Source of the DNA: Eledone cirrhosa
Taxonomy: Eukaryota
Direction of reading: 5' to 3'
Assembly: GCA_964016885.1 (NCBI GenBank)
Contig: OZ024740.1
Coordinates: forward strand, 205,282,001-205,346,000
DNA: 64,000 nt
Shown: positions 25,291 through 38,794 of the stretch, in pieces
Numbering within the stretch: the stretch's first letter is position 1
Layout: each line of letters begins with the position of its first letter
Notes under the pieces: generated by a model
Databases searched by the model: none
What the model was told of the DNA's origin: nothing
The model's input: the letters and a program-made list of their open reading frames with translations, nothing else
Made by a program: the position numbers and the translations under genes

Positions 25291-25930
25291 GTCAGGTCAC
25301 CAGTTGGTGCTACTGGTAACATGTATCCCAGTACAACCTGTCTCATGGTCGGGTCGTTGGCGACTAAACTGGCAACCCCACCAAGGTTTCTTGGTGAGGA
25401 GGGTGACTTTGGACATCCTGCAGGACTAAAAACAAAACCTGTCAAAGGGCAAAGGAGCTCTTAAGAGTCAATGGCCATCCAAAATCACCGGGAGAGATGA
25501 CCCCTTTAGCCTTAGTCAAGGCAGAATTCTAGGAGAAGGAAAACTCTGATATAACACCTGCAACCCTGATGGTATCCAATGATGTTGACTTGTTCTTCTT
25601 TTTGGTAAATAGCATCTTGGTTAAGAGAGTGGGACTGGCTTTGTGCAGTGCCTTTGCTCACTATAAAAGCTTCACGGCACAGGCATTGCTTTATATCTGG
25701 AGATCTCTCTGCACTTGTCCTCACATGGGCCCAGCACTATGTGTCAATAATTGTCCTACCATGGGCCTAGCACTATGTGTCAATAATTGTCATAGGTGTA
25801 GTGTTTGTACCAGAGGTTTCAAGTCGCTGGCTGGACTAAAAAGTCACACTCGTTCAGCGCTTCGGTAGGGGTTATCCTACATGGATGTAAAGTAGTGGCC
25901 GTACTCGAAAACGAGTTGGCAGCCACCATG
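25291..25930 (+). mobile_element. Bipartite non-autonomous RTE derivative, copy 2 (tandem)
   Basis: Near-identical to copy 1, plus an internal duplication of about 35 bp (catgggccc/tagcactatgtgtcaataattgtc). Confidence 0.8.
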
Positions 25931-25980
25931 TATGTATGTATGTATGTATGTATGTATGTATGTATGTATGTATGTATGTA

Positions 25981-26406
25981 GTTTTATAATTTCACAAATT
26001 TTTGCCAACAGAGAGAGAGAGTCGGTTTCTAACATAGACACAAGACTCTCTCATTGGAATTTACACAACATCAACTAGGTAGATATGTATGCATGTCCGA
26101 ATGCGTGTGTACAGGTATGGATGTTATTGTATGTGTGGATCTGTATGTTTTAAGTTATATGTGTGCATGTGCATATTTGTATATGTGTACATGTGTATAT
26201 GCAGTTATTAGATGCAGAATTTTTGGAATGTTTTACATATTTTTACTGTTCCATGAATGGATTGTACTTGTAATTTCCTAACTAGTTGTGTTCTTTGTGT
26301 TCCTGTGAAACCAAGCTTCTCAAAATTTGTATTGAGGTAGTTACTAACATATCCCTGTGCCCCAATAATCACAGGTATAAATCTGAAGGTATAGTCAGGG
26401 TGGAGT
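25981..26406 (-). mobile_element. R4/Dong-like LINE 3' fragment (second subfamily)
   Basis: LHPDYTFRFIPVIIGAQG...HGTVKICKTFQKFCI*, flanked by (TATG)n-like tracts. Confidence 0.75.
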
Positions 26407-26861
26407 ATGTCTGTTTGAATGTATGTATGTATGTGTGTATGTATGTATGCATACATATCTATATATAAATATATATATATATTTTCTAAAGCGCTCATAT
26501 ATTCACCTAGCTTACGCTAAACAGAATAATTATGAAGCTTGTTTCATTCCCCTACGGTTAGCTATACTCTTTGTTGTTCTCCTGTCTCACTCGCTTTACG
26601 CGTTTTAATTGTCCTAATAACTTATTTTAGTTATTATTGCACCGACGTGAGGTATATGATTTTTAATGCAATGAAATATCTATGATCGTCGGCAAATCAC
26701 TGATGAGGGACTCATTTTATTACATGTTATCCATGCGCTACCTGCAGTATTTTTCTCCATATTTTATTATATTATATATATATATATATATATATATTGC
26801 CCATACACACACACAACACACACGCACACATATATATCAATCATAATAATACACCACATGT

Positions 26862-26948
<87 letters not shown>

Positions 26949-27250
26949 GAGAAAGAGAGAGAGAGTGTCTGACGGGCTGAGACTGAGGAGATCACTAATC
27001 ATGGGAGAATTCAATGCATGTTGAGATGCAGAGTGGACATAGTGAGATGTAAAGTCCCGAAATTGCTTCGCGCTGCGATTTTACACCCCTACTCTCTCCC
27101 TATATATATATATATATATTGTTCTACTTTGGGAGGGTCATGTTGCCAATAAGAAACACACGCACTAGTTGCTTTCACTTCAATTTATTATAATAAATTT
27201 ATAAATTTAGGAATTTATAAATTTCCGGTTGGTTGGTTGGTTCGTATATT

Positions 27251-27293
27251 GTCAAAGTTCTTTCGTCACACATTCTGTAACCTCTTCAGTGAC
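27251..27293 (-). ncRNA. Minimal type I hammerhead ribozyme
   Basis: gtca-CTGAAGA-ggttacagaatgtgtgac-GAAA-gaac-TT-tgac, with stems I and II pairing. Confidence 0.7.
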
Positions 27294-27492
27294 TGGGGAT
27301 TCTTTTCTTTGTTTTTGTGCCTCTCCTTTGTTCTGTCCTACGCCATCTTGTTTTTGTGTGTGTTGTGTGCTTAGTTTGCGCATGTGTTACATCCGGGTGT
27401 CTGTGTGTGTTTATATTTGTTTATTTATTTGTTTATTTACATGTTACTGGTTGGTTGTTTGTTCTATGTGTGTGTGTGTTTTCATTTTGTCC

Positions 27493-29122
27493 TTAATTGT
27501 AAGTTGTGATGTTACTGTTCCACTCATGTTTTCTATTTAATTTTGGTTGTAATTCTTTTATGTTTATTGCCTCTGTGATTTGTCTAAACATTGCGTCTTT
27601 TCTGTGTGTAGATTCTATTTTTATTTCTATGTTCTCTAATTTACCCTTATGTTCTATTTTAGCATGTTGGTAGAGTACAGATGATTCTTTACTATCTTGA
27701 AGCTCTCGCCAGTGTTCATTTATCCGTTCCCCTATACTACGAGCTGTCTCACCTATGTACACTATATTCTTATCTCTACATTGTCCTTCAGTACATCTTA
27801 TGCTATATACTACATTTCTAGTTTTACAGTTAATATGGGGGCTTAATTTACAGATTATACATTTCTTATCTATACACGGAGGTCTTTGAAAAGGGTATGT
27901 ATTGCTAATAAGTGTTTTTATGGAGGTACCAGGTCTTTCTACTATCTTAATATTGAGTTTATGTTTATCTAGGGCCCTTCTAAATTTGTAAGCTAATTCA
28001 CCTCTAGGGGTTGTATCGATGAACATTACACTCTGGTATTTATTGCTATCATACCATGAGTTTATTCTATTAACCTTATTCCTAGTTCTTTATATTCTAT
28101 TCCAAAATTTGCTCCTATACAAGGGGCAGGTCCCATTTGTGTCATTATTTACCATTTTTTCCCATTTGGTTCTGGCTCCTCTATATACTCTGATTTTATC
28201 TCTCTGATTGTAACCAGAGAACTACATACGGTGGATGAAGTGTTGTATGTGTCTCTCTAGTTCTTTGGGGTTGCACATGCGGGACACGTTTCTCATCACC
28301 CGTACCAAATCTGCAATCAGTATGTTGATTTTGGTATGGTCCGAAACAGCCGAGTTTCGGTCGATATTTGGAAGTCATGGGTTTGGCATAATGGGAATGG
28401 AGGATTTGTTTTTTGTTATTAATGGTATCTAACCAGAGCTCTGTGTCTAGTACAGGTAATCGATGGTTGGGGTGTTTGCTTGGGCAGTCTATAGTAACTC
28501 TAATACTCTGGTGGATGGAGTTAGCTATTTGCTGGATGCTTTCCATGGTGTTTTTCTCTAATTCCTGACTGTTCTCTAGTGGGGGTGTTTTTACTACGAT
28601 GTTTATATCATCAACGTAGCGGGAGTACATTATCAGGGTTAAGGGGTTGCTGTCTTCTAATCGTTCTTTAAGTTTAAGTTTAAGTCTATTGTCCCACCAT
28701 ACCATGAATAGGTTAGCTATGTCACCTGCAATGCTAACACCAATGGCTGCTCCCTCCTCTTGGGCATATGTTTTTCCATTAAATTTGAACATATGTTCCT
28801 TAAGGGTTAATTTTATGCTGGTCCCCACCGCATGTGCAACCATTTTCTTTAGTTCATCGTGGTTTTCGGGGGTCCGTATGGCTCTGGTCCACCCGTTCCA
28901 TCTATCTGTGTGGGGTTTCTTGGCCATTGAGGTAATGGTAGGCGGTCTGCCTCTTACTGGTCTTGTAGGGCACAGGTTGCTAAGGCCATATGTATCTAGA
29001 TAATCATTACTATAGGTAAGTTTAAGTAGGAGTCCCAGCTCACTGGTATCAATCCCACGGAATTCAACATTGCTCTCACTGATCTTTTCTACGCATTTCT
29101 CCACAGCAAAATCCACGTCAAT
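27493..29122 (-). pseudogene. PLE RT/GIY-YIG ORF, frameshifted
   Basis: GAAIG, YSRYVDD and PVLD in 28196-29122; NVVYSIRC...YIGETARS..ER..EH in 27493-28026. Frame change near 28360. Confidence 0.88.
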
Positions 29123-29469
29123 ATTAGAGAACATAGAAATAAAAATAGAATCTACACACAGAAAAGACGCAATGTTTAGACAAATCACAGAGGCAATAAA
29201 CATAAATGAACTCCAACCAAAATTAAATAGAAAACATGAATGGAACAGCAACATCATAACTTACAATTAAGGACAAAATGAAAACACACACGCACATAGA
29301 ACAAACAACCAACCAGTAACATGTAAATAAACAAATAAATAAACAAATATAAACACACACAGACACCCGGATGTAACACATGCGCAAACTAAGCACACAA
29401 CACACACAAAAACAAGATGGCGTAGGACAGAACAAAGGAGAGGCACAAAAACAAAGAAAAGAATCCCCA

Positions 29470-29512
29470 GTCACTGAAGAGGTCACAAAATGTGTGACGA
29501 AAGAACTTTGAC
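29470..29512 (+). ncRNA. Minimal type I hammerhead ribozyme
   Basis: gtca-CTGAAGA-g-gtcaca-aaatg-tgtgac-GAAA-gaac-TT-tgac. Confidence 0.72.
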
Positions 29513-29720
29513 AATATACGAACAATCGTCTGGTTGTGGAACCAACCAACCAACCGGAAATTTATAAATTCCTAAATTTATAAATTTATTATAATAAATT
29601 GAAGTGAAAGCATCTGGTGCGTGTGTTTCTTATTGGCAACATGACCCTCCCAAAGTATAACAATATCGGTTTCAACACACGTTTTCAGATAAAGAATCTT
29701 GCTAAACAAATTCAGAAACG

Positions 29721-29797
<77 letters not shown>

Positions 29798-30013
29798 AGA
29801 GTCAGGACCCCCGACGGCTGAGCTCTTGCAGTTTCAACACCTTTTTCCGGACTATTTGTTTGTAAGTCTTTAAAATCTACACATACAAACATATACACAC
29901 ATACATATATACACATATACCCATAATGCATTTCCTATATCAGTTATGTTGCTGTAAAAAATATTTACTTTCCAGTCAGCTGGAAATAGTTATTTCTCCA
30001 AAGTTATTCATAC

Positions 30014-30096
30014 ATTTAATTCTGTATGCCATTTGTACATGTTTGAAAGACTTCACCGGGAAGTTAGACATGGTCTGGGCCAATACTGGCCGAAAC
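30014..30096 (-). CDS. Candidate upstream exon of the 7TM gene (uncertain)
   Basis: aattttgatag acceptor, gtatga donor. FRPVLAQTMSNFPVKSFKHVQMAYRIK ends in phase 1, compatible with exon 17743-17813. Contains accATG at 30071. Confidence 0.3.
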
Positions 30097-31380
30097 CTAT
30101 CAAAATTATATGCTGAATATTTATGTAATTATATCTCAGAAATAAATTATTAAAATATTTTAAAATATTTTAATCACTTCCATGTATCAAGTAATCAACA
30201 TAAACTATTATGTTTCTCGTATGCAAACTATAAATTTATCAAGACCAAAATATCCCAATTCATATGATCGTTCCAATATCCAGTAATTCTGCTATATATG
30301 GCATACCAACCCTGGACTCCAGTAAATCTTATTTGAGGTATTTGATAACAACTACGATGTTGGACGGGATATGGACTGCTGATTGTCAGCACAAGTCTCA
30401 CGTGAGTATGATGTCATTTGTCTCACGCTGACGTGATGTTAGTGTAAAGGAGATAACTTACCACCACCGCCACCATCACCACAACCATAAATATATATTC
30501 ATAAAGGAATAAAGAGGTTAGCCATAGAGAGTTATTGGATGCAAGCTATTATATGAAATATAATCGGGGTTCATTCAGAGAGGGGTGTAGTAGTAATAGA
30601 AATTGTTCGGAATTCGGGGTACCACAAAGTAGTGCAGCTAATCGGCAGGGCAGACGCTACAATTAGGACCAACTATGAGCAGACATCAGAGACATGCATT
30701 ACTGAACCATGAACTATCACAGTTTTATATAAATTTGTATAATTAACTTAACTATATAATAAATTGCAGGGATCAACAAAGAAATCACAAGACATTTTTG
30801 TCATGAAGTACTGTTGGGGAAATATTCAAAATGACGGAGATGGTCATGTGATGTTATGACCTGTCACGTAGTTTGGCGTGAGTGCGTGTGGATTGTGTTG
30901 TAGGAAATGTAGGTTTAGTCATTTCTTAGTTTGGTCAGAGCAAGAAGTGGCAGGAACCGAGTTCGTCATTTTACCAAGCTGTAAGTTGAAATTCTTTTAT
31001 TTGGGTTAATGGGGATGCATAACTGTGAGAAAGGGGGAACACTTTGTAGAGCCAGAATAGGGCCCTAAATACACCAATCAGCTTACTAAACTGAAAGCTG
31101 AAATTATTTCATTTAGGAGAAGTGGGGGTCATATTATAAGGCTAACCTAGAGTATTAAATGTCTAGGCGTCGGTCATGCAAATCGGGCAGTTGAAATGCT
31201 GAGAGACTGGAAGACTGTGGGCGGATGCCTCATTCTCGAAGTATACCTTGGACAAAGTCCGGCGCTACCATCAAGGCCAACTAGCCAGTTGCCAAGGGTG
31301 CTGACATAAGAGAGGCGGATTATTGAACTATAACTTACTAAACTGTCAGTTGAAATTATCTTATTTGGGAGAAGGAGGCA

Positions 31381-31706
31381 TGTGGTAAGAATGTCTCAGG
31401 GAAGAATCGCTGGACAGATTTTACGGGCAAAACCAACCGGTAAGAAACCCAGGGGTAGACCCCGAGCAAGATGGTTGGGTAACATCCATGAGCTTGGTTG
31501 GTCTCGCTTGGGAGTCCAGCCAGATCAGTTGGAGATGGTTGCTTCTGACAGGACCTGCTGGAAGGCGTGTTTAACAGCACTGTCCCCATGACCCTCTCGG
31601 GAATAAGGAGGAGGAGGAGGAGGAGGAGGAGGAGGAGGAGAAGAAGAAGAAGAAGAAGAAGAAGAAGAAGAAGAAGAAGAAGAAGAAGAAGAAGAAGAAG
31701 AAGAAG
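31381..31706 (+). mobile_element. RTE (Rex3-like) LINE 3' end with (GGA)n(GAA)n tail
   Basis: GKKPRGRPRARWLGNIHELGW...ALSP* followed by a trinucleotide tail. Confidence 0.85.
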
Positions 31707-32297
31707 GGAACACATATTGTAAGGCTAATCGCGGGTGGTAAACACCCAGGCTTGAACTCTATTTAGGATGATAGGTTGTATTTAACTTGACCATAAATAG
31801 TTCATTCATCAGGTTAATGTGAGCTCATAGCAATATGTGGCATGTACTTGTAGTGGCTTAGTGCAGTAATTTCCACGCCTGCGATTATCTGTTTACTGTT
31901 AAATAACCATATTACATCATTCAACCTTTTCAAGATCATATTTTTCACGAAATACATTCAAAGTATTTCAATTAAATTTGAAAATAATCAAGAATTTGGA
32001 GGGCTTTTAGTAAAATAGCATTTTAGTTGATGTTTAAAACATAACAACAATAACAACAACAACATCTTAAAGGCGCATCTTTACTCGATTTTCTCAAGTA
32101 TTATTTAGTGATCGACTATTATTATCGTCATGTACATTAGGACGCACACATTTCAAATTATGATTGGACTTTCAATTTAGATATGAACCCTTTAATGAGG
32201 ATAGTTTTATCACTGAATGAGCTGGTATCAAAAGGGTTAAATTTCATGGTAGTTTTATGGCCTATGTGTTAACATGTACATACATCTATTGTACTTT

Positions 32298-32480
32298 AGT
32301 GGTTAGGATTTTCAGCTCACGATCGTAAAGTTGTAAGTTCGATTACCGGCGGCGCGATGTGTTCTTCAGCAAGACTCTTTATTTCACATTGTTCCAGTTC
32401 ACCCTGCCGGCAAAATGACTTGTACCTGTATTTCCAAAAGGCCAGCTTTGTCACACATGTGTCACGTTGAATCTCCCTGT
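32298..32480 (+). mobile_element. tRNA-derived SINE (gcaagacactt-core family)
   Basis: agtggttagg...gttcgattacc head with a core shared with 8790-8900 and 18400-18530. Confidence 0.65.
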
Positions 32481-33351
32481 AGAGGAAGTGGCCGGTCCAG
32501 TCCCGGCATTCGGATATGTTCCGCTCTTCTAAGTTATGGTGTGGCAATGCAACCACTCATATACATAAAAATCTATAAGATTCTAGCTTATTTAAACCTC
32601 AGTAGAAGTAGGGAGATATGTAGTCTTGATAAACGTTAAAGAGCGAAAAATAACGCATTGTCGATTACTCCCCCTTGCATTTACTGAGGTCAAGTGTGTG
32701 ACATTGGTTACAACCTTAAAAATTCATAGCGAAAGGCTCTCAAATGTTTTTCGTAAACATCCCGTATATTATTCAATATACAATACGTACATTTATTATA
32801 TCCCCTCCTCTCTCTCTCTCTCTCTCTCTGTATATATATATATAAGTTTAGTAATCTAGGCTATCTTTCTGCTCCCCCGTTCTCTCTGTTTCTCTCACCT
32901 TCTTTCGCCCCCTCTGTCAGTTACACTTTCTCTCGACTGACCTCTTCCTCGCACTTCCACTCACTCACTCTCTGTTTCTCCCCTTCTCACTTCCTCCCGT
33001 TCGTTAGTAGTGGGATTCTTTCTTTCTCACATCTCATTCACGTCGAACGGTCTGTTTTCTGACCGCTCATGAAATTCACCCAGCTTATGCTGATCGGATA
33101 ACCATCATGTTGCTTGCTTTTTTCCTACCTTCGGTTTGCTTTTCCTTCTTGTTGTTTACTTGTCTCACTCGCTTTACGCGATTCACTTGTCCCAATAGCT
33201 TATTTTAGTTATTGCTCGCACCAACCTGAGGTATATGATTTTTAATGCGATGAAATACCAATGATGGTTGGCAAATCACTGATGAGGGACTAATTTTATA
33301 ATATGTAACCCATGTGCAACCATGCAGTTTTCCTCTTTCTTCCCATGTTTA

Positions 33352-33419
<68 letters not shown>

Positions 33420-33744
33420 CATGTTTAAATGAGTTGATAATACAACCATATAAAGGCAAAGAACATTTTAAAGCTAAATGTGATTTTATAGTCCATATAT
33501 ACATATATATATATATATCTTAAGGTTTGTTGGTTCACCACTGGATAGAACTGGTCATTCCGTATGGTCAATCCTGGTGTAATATTGTGAAGAGTACTCA
33601 ACGCAGTGCAGTTCACCCATCTTCGTTTGTGTAGTTGGTGGTGCGAATACGGAGTTAATTATAAATGAAGTAACAGGAGGCTGAAATGATCATAGTATAA
33701 TAAACCTTTCAAGGATTTACACCAGTCCAGCCTCCTGTTACTTC

Positions 33745-33844
<100 letters not shown>

Positions 33845-34339
33845 AACAAGATTAACAAGGATTTAATTAAATCATTCTTCTTTCTTTAAAGTATGGAGTA
33901 CTAATAATGGTCTTAGTCGTTAATTAGTAAGATCTTATTCGTTTGTGTCTTTATAAGCAAAGGGTGTTTTATGTTTGTTGAATCAGGTTATAGGGCACAC
34001 ATGATTAACACTCCCCATTAACTCCGGTCCCGGGAGGTGTGGTCGTTGTTGAACCTACGACAGTGGGACTTCCGTTGATTCTGACAGCGAGTGAACTAAT
34101 TCTTTGATCAACACAGAACAGCCTGTTCTTGAAATTAACGTAGAAGTGACTGAAAATTTAACAGACACGTGTACTCTTATTGTAATTCTCAGGGAGATTT
34201 AACGTGAAACATTTTGTCAACTGAATGGACTGGGGTAATGTGAAATATAGAACATAATGTGCAATTCGGAATCGAACTCATGAATTTTTCAATCGCGAGT
34301 CGATTAACCACGGATTCTGCTTGTCTCCCGCCTTAACAT

Positions 34340-34461
<122 letters not shown>

Positions 34462-35654
34462 CCGTGTAGTGTAAAAATAAGCTATAGGAAAATAAAAATA
34501 AATTCTTATCATGAAAGTGTTATAATTTAAAACATTGTAGAATATGAAACATATGTCCGAAAAGCCGCTCAGTGCAGATGAGGGATTGTAAATGTTGAGG
34601 TAATAAATGAGGAATGAGAGAAGTAAGGATGAGTGCCAAGAATGGGAGAAGAGGAAGAAAAACAAGAATAAGAAATTGTGTTTTCTTGGTAATATTTGTT
34701 ACTCCCAATATATTTCGGATACATTAGCAAGGGATCTCTTGGGAACCTCGGAGAATATCGGAGAGGACCTTTCTAGATCTGTGTGTGGTTTGTCTTTCCA
34801 ACATACATAGATACCAAAGAGTATTAAAATTGTTATATAGTGAGTTGAATAACTTCGATTAACTGATTCCCTTTCAATTTACAAGACAAAACTCTCTTTA
34901 GGGGCGTCTAAAATCTCAACGCATCAAGCAACGGAGATAACTCCACCAAATTCAAGAAATCCAAATTTTGGAAAATGACAACATTGTTGTTAGTAGTGAA
35001 TTTTGCTTTTAAAGTCACTGGTGAAAACAATGGACATATTTCGATCTCAGTAGAGATGGTGATGATCGAATAAGTCATTCCCATATTTTAAATACTATAT
35101 TGGTGTAATATGATAGATTTGGCACCTATATCAGGTCGAGAGACAATGAAAAGCTCTGATGTTGGTTCAACAAGACTCAAGTTGAAGTGTTTCTGGTTTT
35201 CTTGTAAAACGTAGACCCAGAGAACACCCTGGTAGGTTTTCGAATCTAACATCATTGTGAAGGCGCGTGGCCTAGTAATTACATAATTGGCTTTACATTG
35301 CTAGGAATGAGCCCCTATAATATATAAAAGAAAACACCCGAGAAAAGGCCTATGAGTTGCAAGCTGGTAGGAGGCCAGCTAAATTTGCATGGGTGTAAGC
35401 TGTCAATTTAATTTCCTGTATACTGAAACCACAATGTCTCCATTTCTCTTTTTCTCTGAGTTTCTGTCGCATTATCTTTCATGTTTACAATAATCTCCCT
35501 TTGTCCGCTCTCTAGGGCGAAGAAAGGGAAATAACTATAAGACAAAATCGTCAGATTTCTTTTTTTGAAATACAAAGATTTAACAAAATTGAATTCAAAA
35601 ACATTGCCGCTTTATATATCAAAATATATGATACAAACACCTATGTGAGAATTT

Positions 35655-35792
35655 GTTTATATCCAGTTTATATCCAGTTTATATAACCAGTTTATATAAC
35701 CAGTTTATATCCAGTTTATATAACTAGTTTATATAACCAGTTTATATCCAGTTTATATAATCAGTTTATATATCCAGTTTATATAACCAGTT
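35655..35792. repeat. 11-13 bp tandem repeat (ccagtttatat[aa])
   Basis: About 11 copies. Confidence 0.85.
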
Positions 35793-36759
35793 TGGTTTGT
35801 TATTGACAGTTATTGACAGTTATATTTAAGTCTGCGACATTATTTAACGACATGAGAGGTTCTTTCTTAAAAAAATATAAATATTTATGCTGCAACACTA
35901 CATTAGACATGTCAACTCTCTTTGGGGTGGGTGAGAGATGTCTTCTTTAGTGAAAATGAGTATAGATTTCATTATGTAAAATCTCCCTATTTTGCCTCAT
36001 TTCTGCCCGTTTTGGGGCACTTTTTTCATGGTACTTTCCATTTGGGTTTTTAGAGGTTGGCAGATCTGTAACTTATATTTATTATTTAACGAATTACGTT
36101 GTTAAACTTCATGCAAATTAGACAGATCACTTCCGGTATACTCTACAACCTGCTTGATATATATAGCGTGGCTATTGTAAGATGTCTATGTAGATGAAAT
36201 CATAAAGGTAGTTTTTTTCTGATGAGGAAACGAATTCCGAAATGCAAATGCATAAATGTAATGTTATGATTTTTTGTGTACAGGGGTTGAAAGTGTTTAC
36301 ATTTCATTTTCCCCACGGTTTTAGCATAAATATAATATTTATTAATGAATATATACATATAAATACATATAATGAACGAAGTAACGGGAAATCAAAAACA
36401 AGTCGGAAGATGGTCCAAATTGGGAATATTAGTTTCACTCTAGAGAAATGTGAAAAATGGAAGCTGTGGGCTACATTTTTATTGAGAAGGGTAGGGAATA
36501 AGGAAGACAAAATGCAGAAAGGTACGAAAAAAAAAATGAAAATAAACAGACCTAAAACCTCGTTTGGGTTTGTTTTTTATAACCCCCCCCCCACATACAT
36601 AAATACATACATATATACATATATGCATATATACATACATATACATACATACATATATATGCATACATACATACATATATGTATACATACATACATATAT
36701 AAATACATACATATATGCATACATAAATACATACATAAATACATACATACATACATATA

Positions 36760-37244
36760 TTGAGATGGCACTAAGGAATAGTGGTGGAACCTGAAAATAA
36801 AAACTGCCACCAAATTAAAGCACAACCGGCCTGATATTGTTGTTTGGGACCACACATTGAAAACGTGTTCTGTTGTGGAGATCAGCTGCCTACTTGATGT
36901 AAACGTTGTCAGAAAAATACAGGAGAACGAGGACATCTATGGACCATTGATGAGGAGTTTACAAATCCAGTATCCAAGATACACCTTTAGCTTTATACCC
37001 ATCATTATTAGAGTTACGGGTTATATACCAACCCGCTTGGACCAAAGTATGACTGAACTTGGATTTGCGGACAAAGAGCGCAGCTCCTTAATTCATAGTC
37101 TACAAATGGCTGCGATAGCTGGCACCTTCAAAATTTACAAAACATTCTTGCGATTCAAGGGATGACAATTTCTTTTCTTTTACAACCTTGCCACCAGGAA
37201 GGTGGCCGGTCAAAAAAAATATACTCGAAATTAAGTGAAAGAGA
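36760..37244 (+). mobile_element. R4/Dong-like RLE LINE 3' fragment
   Basis: WWNLKIKT...HNRPDIVVWD...VVEISC RLE (PD..D/E) motif, preceded by a (CATA)n-like tract. Confidence 0.85.
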
Positions 37245-37248
37245 TATA

Positions 37249-38734
37249 CATGATGGCTGCAAACTCTGCCAAGGGTATTGCAATCGCTTGTCAGATTCAG
37301 ATGTGTGACGCTCGGATATGGATTTTCAAGCCTGCTAGAGACTTGCACTCCTTCACACACTGACGACAACTATGGATCTCCCTGGCTTGAGGTCCTGCAT
37401 CCGGTTTCCCGTGAACCCTCACAACACCGTGCAGATCATAGTTCACTGGTTCTCTTTGAACATGGCTGCGACTGTGGCTCCTGAGACCAGATTTGCTTAA
37501 GCAAATTTTTCCACACTCAGGGCACTTCAATTCAATGGATCGTTTCGAGAGATACACCAGAGCATTGCTTACGCACATCTCGTTTGATCTTCTCGTGCTC
37601 TATGCGGCTGTCCTCAAAATTATGGACCCCATCATTAACCATTACACGCCAAGTTTCTCTTTCAAGCGCTTCTATCTCCCAGTCAGCCATCATCAAACCA
37701 GTTTTTTTCAATGAGTCCTTTACACAATCCTCGAATCGAAGCCTTGGCTTGTGAGGTGGTCTGTTACCTACACAAAGCTCGCCATACAAGAGTTGTTTTG
37801 GGATTCGATCATCCTCCATTCTGCAGAGGTGTCCGGTCCATCGCAAACGTCGTTAGTGGATGATACTCTCAATGCTCCGACACTCACTTCTTTCAAGGAC
37901 CTTAACATCACTCACATGCATCTGCCACTTGATACCGGGCATCTTTCTGAGACACTGCTGGTGAAACCGTTCCAGTCTGTGGATATGCCGTTTGTAGGCG
38001 ACCCATGTCTCACATGCATACAGCAAAGCTGACAGTACACATGCAGAATACACTCTCATCTTGGTCCTCATTGTGATTCCTCGCCTGCACCAAAGACGGT
38101 CGTTGAGCCTTCCAAATGACTCACTTGCCTTACTAACACGTAGACCAGCTTCTGCATCCAGAGAGCAGGCCACACTCAGAGTACTCCCCAAATACACAAA
38201 TGTGTCAGCAGCCTTCAGCTTTTGACCGTATACGTATATGGAGGGTTCATTGAAAACTTTATCCGGAGCAGGTTGGTACATGACGACAGTCTTTTTCAGA
38301 CTGAATGTCAGTCTCAAAGCACTGCACGCATTGGAAAAAGAATCCATAAGGTGTTGCATGTCACTCTGGAAGTGTGAAAAGAGATCACAATCACCTGCAT
38401 ATAAAAATTCTCTGATCAAGGTACTCAGTATCTTAGTGTTGGAAGTGAGACGCCTAAGGTTAAACAGCTTGCCGGAAGTGCGATATCTGAGATAAATATC
38501 GTGTTGACAATACCTTGAAGGCCACGAAGAACACCATTGCGAAATACAAGGCAAACAAAGTTAGTGCAGGTATATCACCCTGCTTGACACAATTTTCAAC
38601 CGAGATTGGCTCAGACAGATTACCTCCAACATTCATCCATGCCTGCATGTCATCGTGGAAGAGTTTCAGAATGTTCACAAACCTTTCAGGACAGTCCAAT
38701 CTCTCTAAAATAACCCACAAAGCCTTCCGATTAA
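37249..38734 (-). mobile_element. 5'-truncated RTE (BovB-like) LINE, inactivated
   Basis: VKQGDIPA, FLYAGDC, FVYLGS, RWTGHLCRM, PKQLLYGEL and two C2H2 fingers (CKSLAGLKIH). (CATA)n at its 5' junction. Confidence 0.9.
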
Positions 38735-38794
38735 CATACATACATACATACATACATACATACATACATACATACATACATACATACATACATA

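Larger units (their letters stand above)
27116..29722 (-). mobile_element. Penelope-like element, 5'-truncated, with an inverted copy of its 3' end
   Basis: RT plus GIY-YIG. 27116-27640 is the reverse complement of 29123-29666. (TA)n on both sides. Confidence 0.9.

Noticed and set aside
28196-29257. N-terminal about 45 aa of the 353-aa ORF as part of the RT
   Set aside because: It is the antisense reading of the inverted GIY-YIG tail. True RT sequence stops at about 29122.
26500-33350. CTGATGAG motifs in the repeat at about 26700 and 33279 as hammerheads
   Set aside because: No correctly placed downstream GAAA or stem III.
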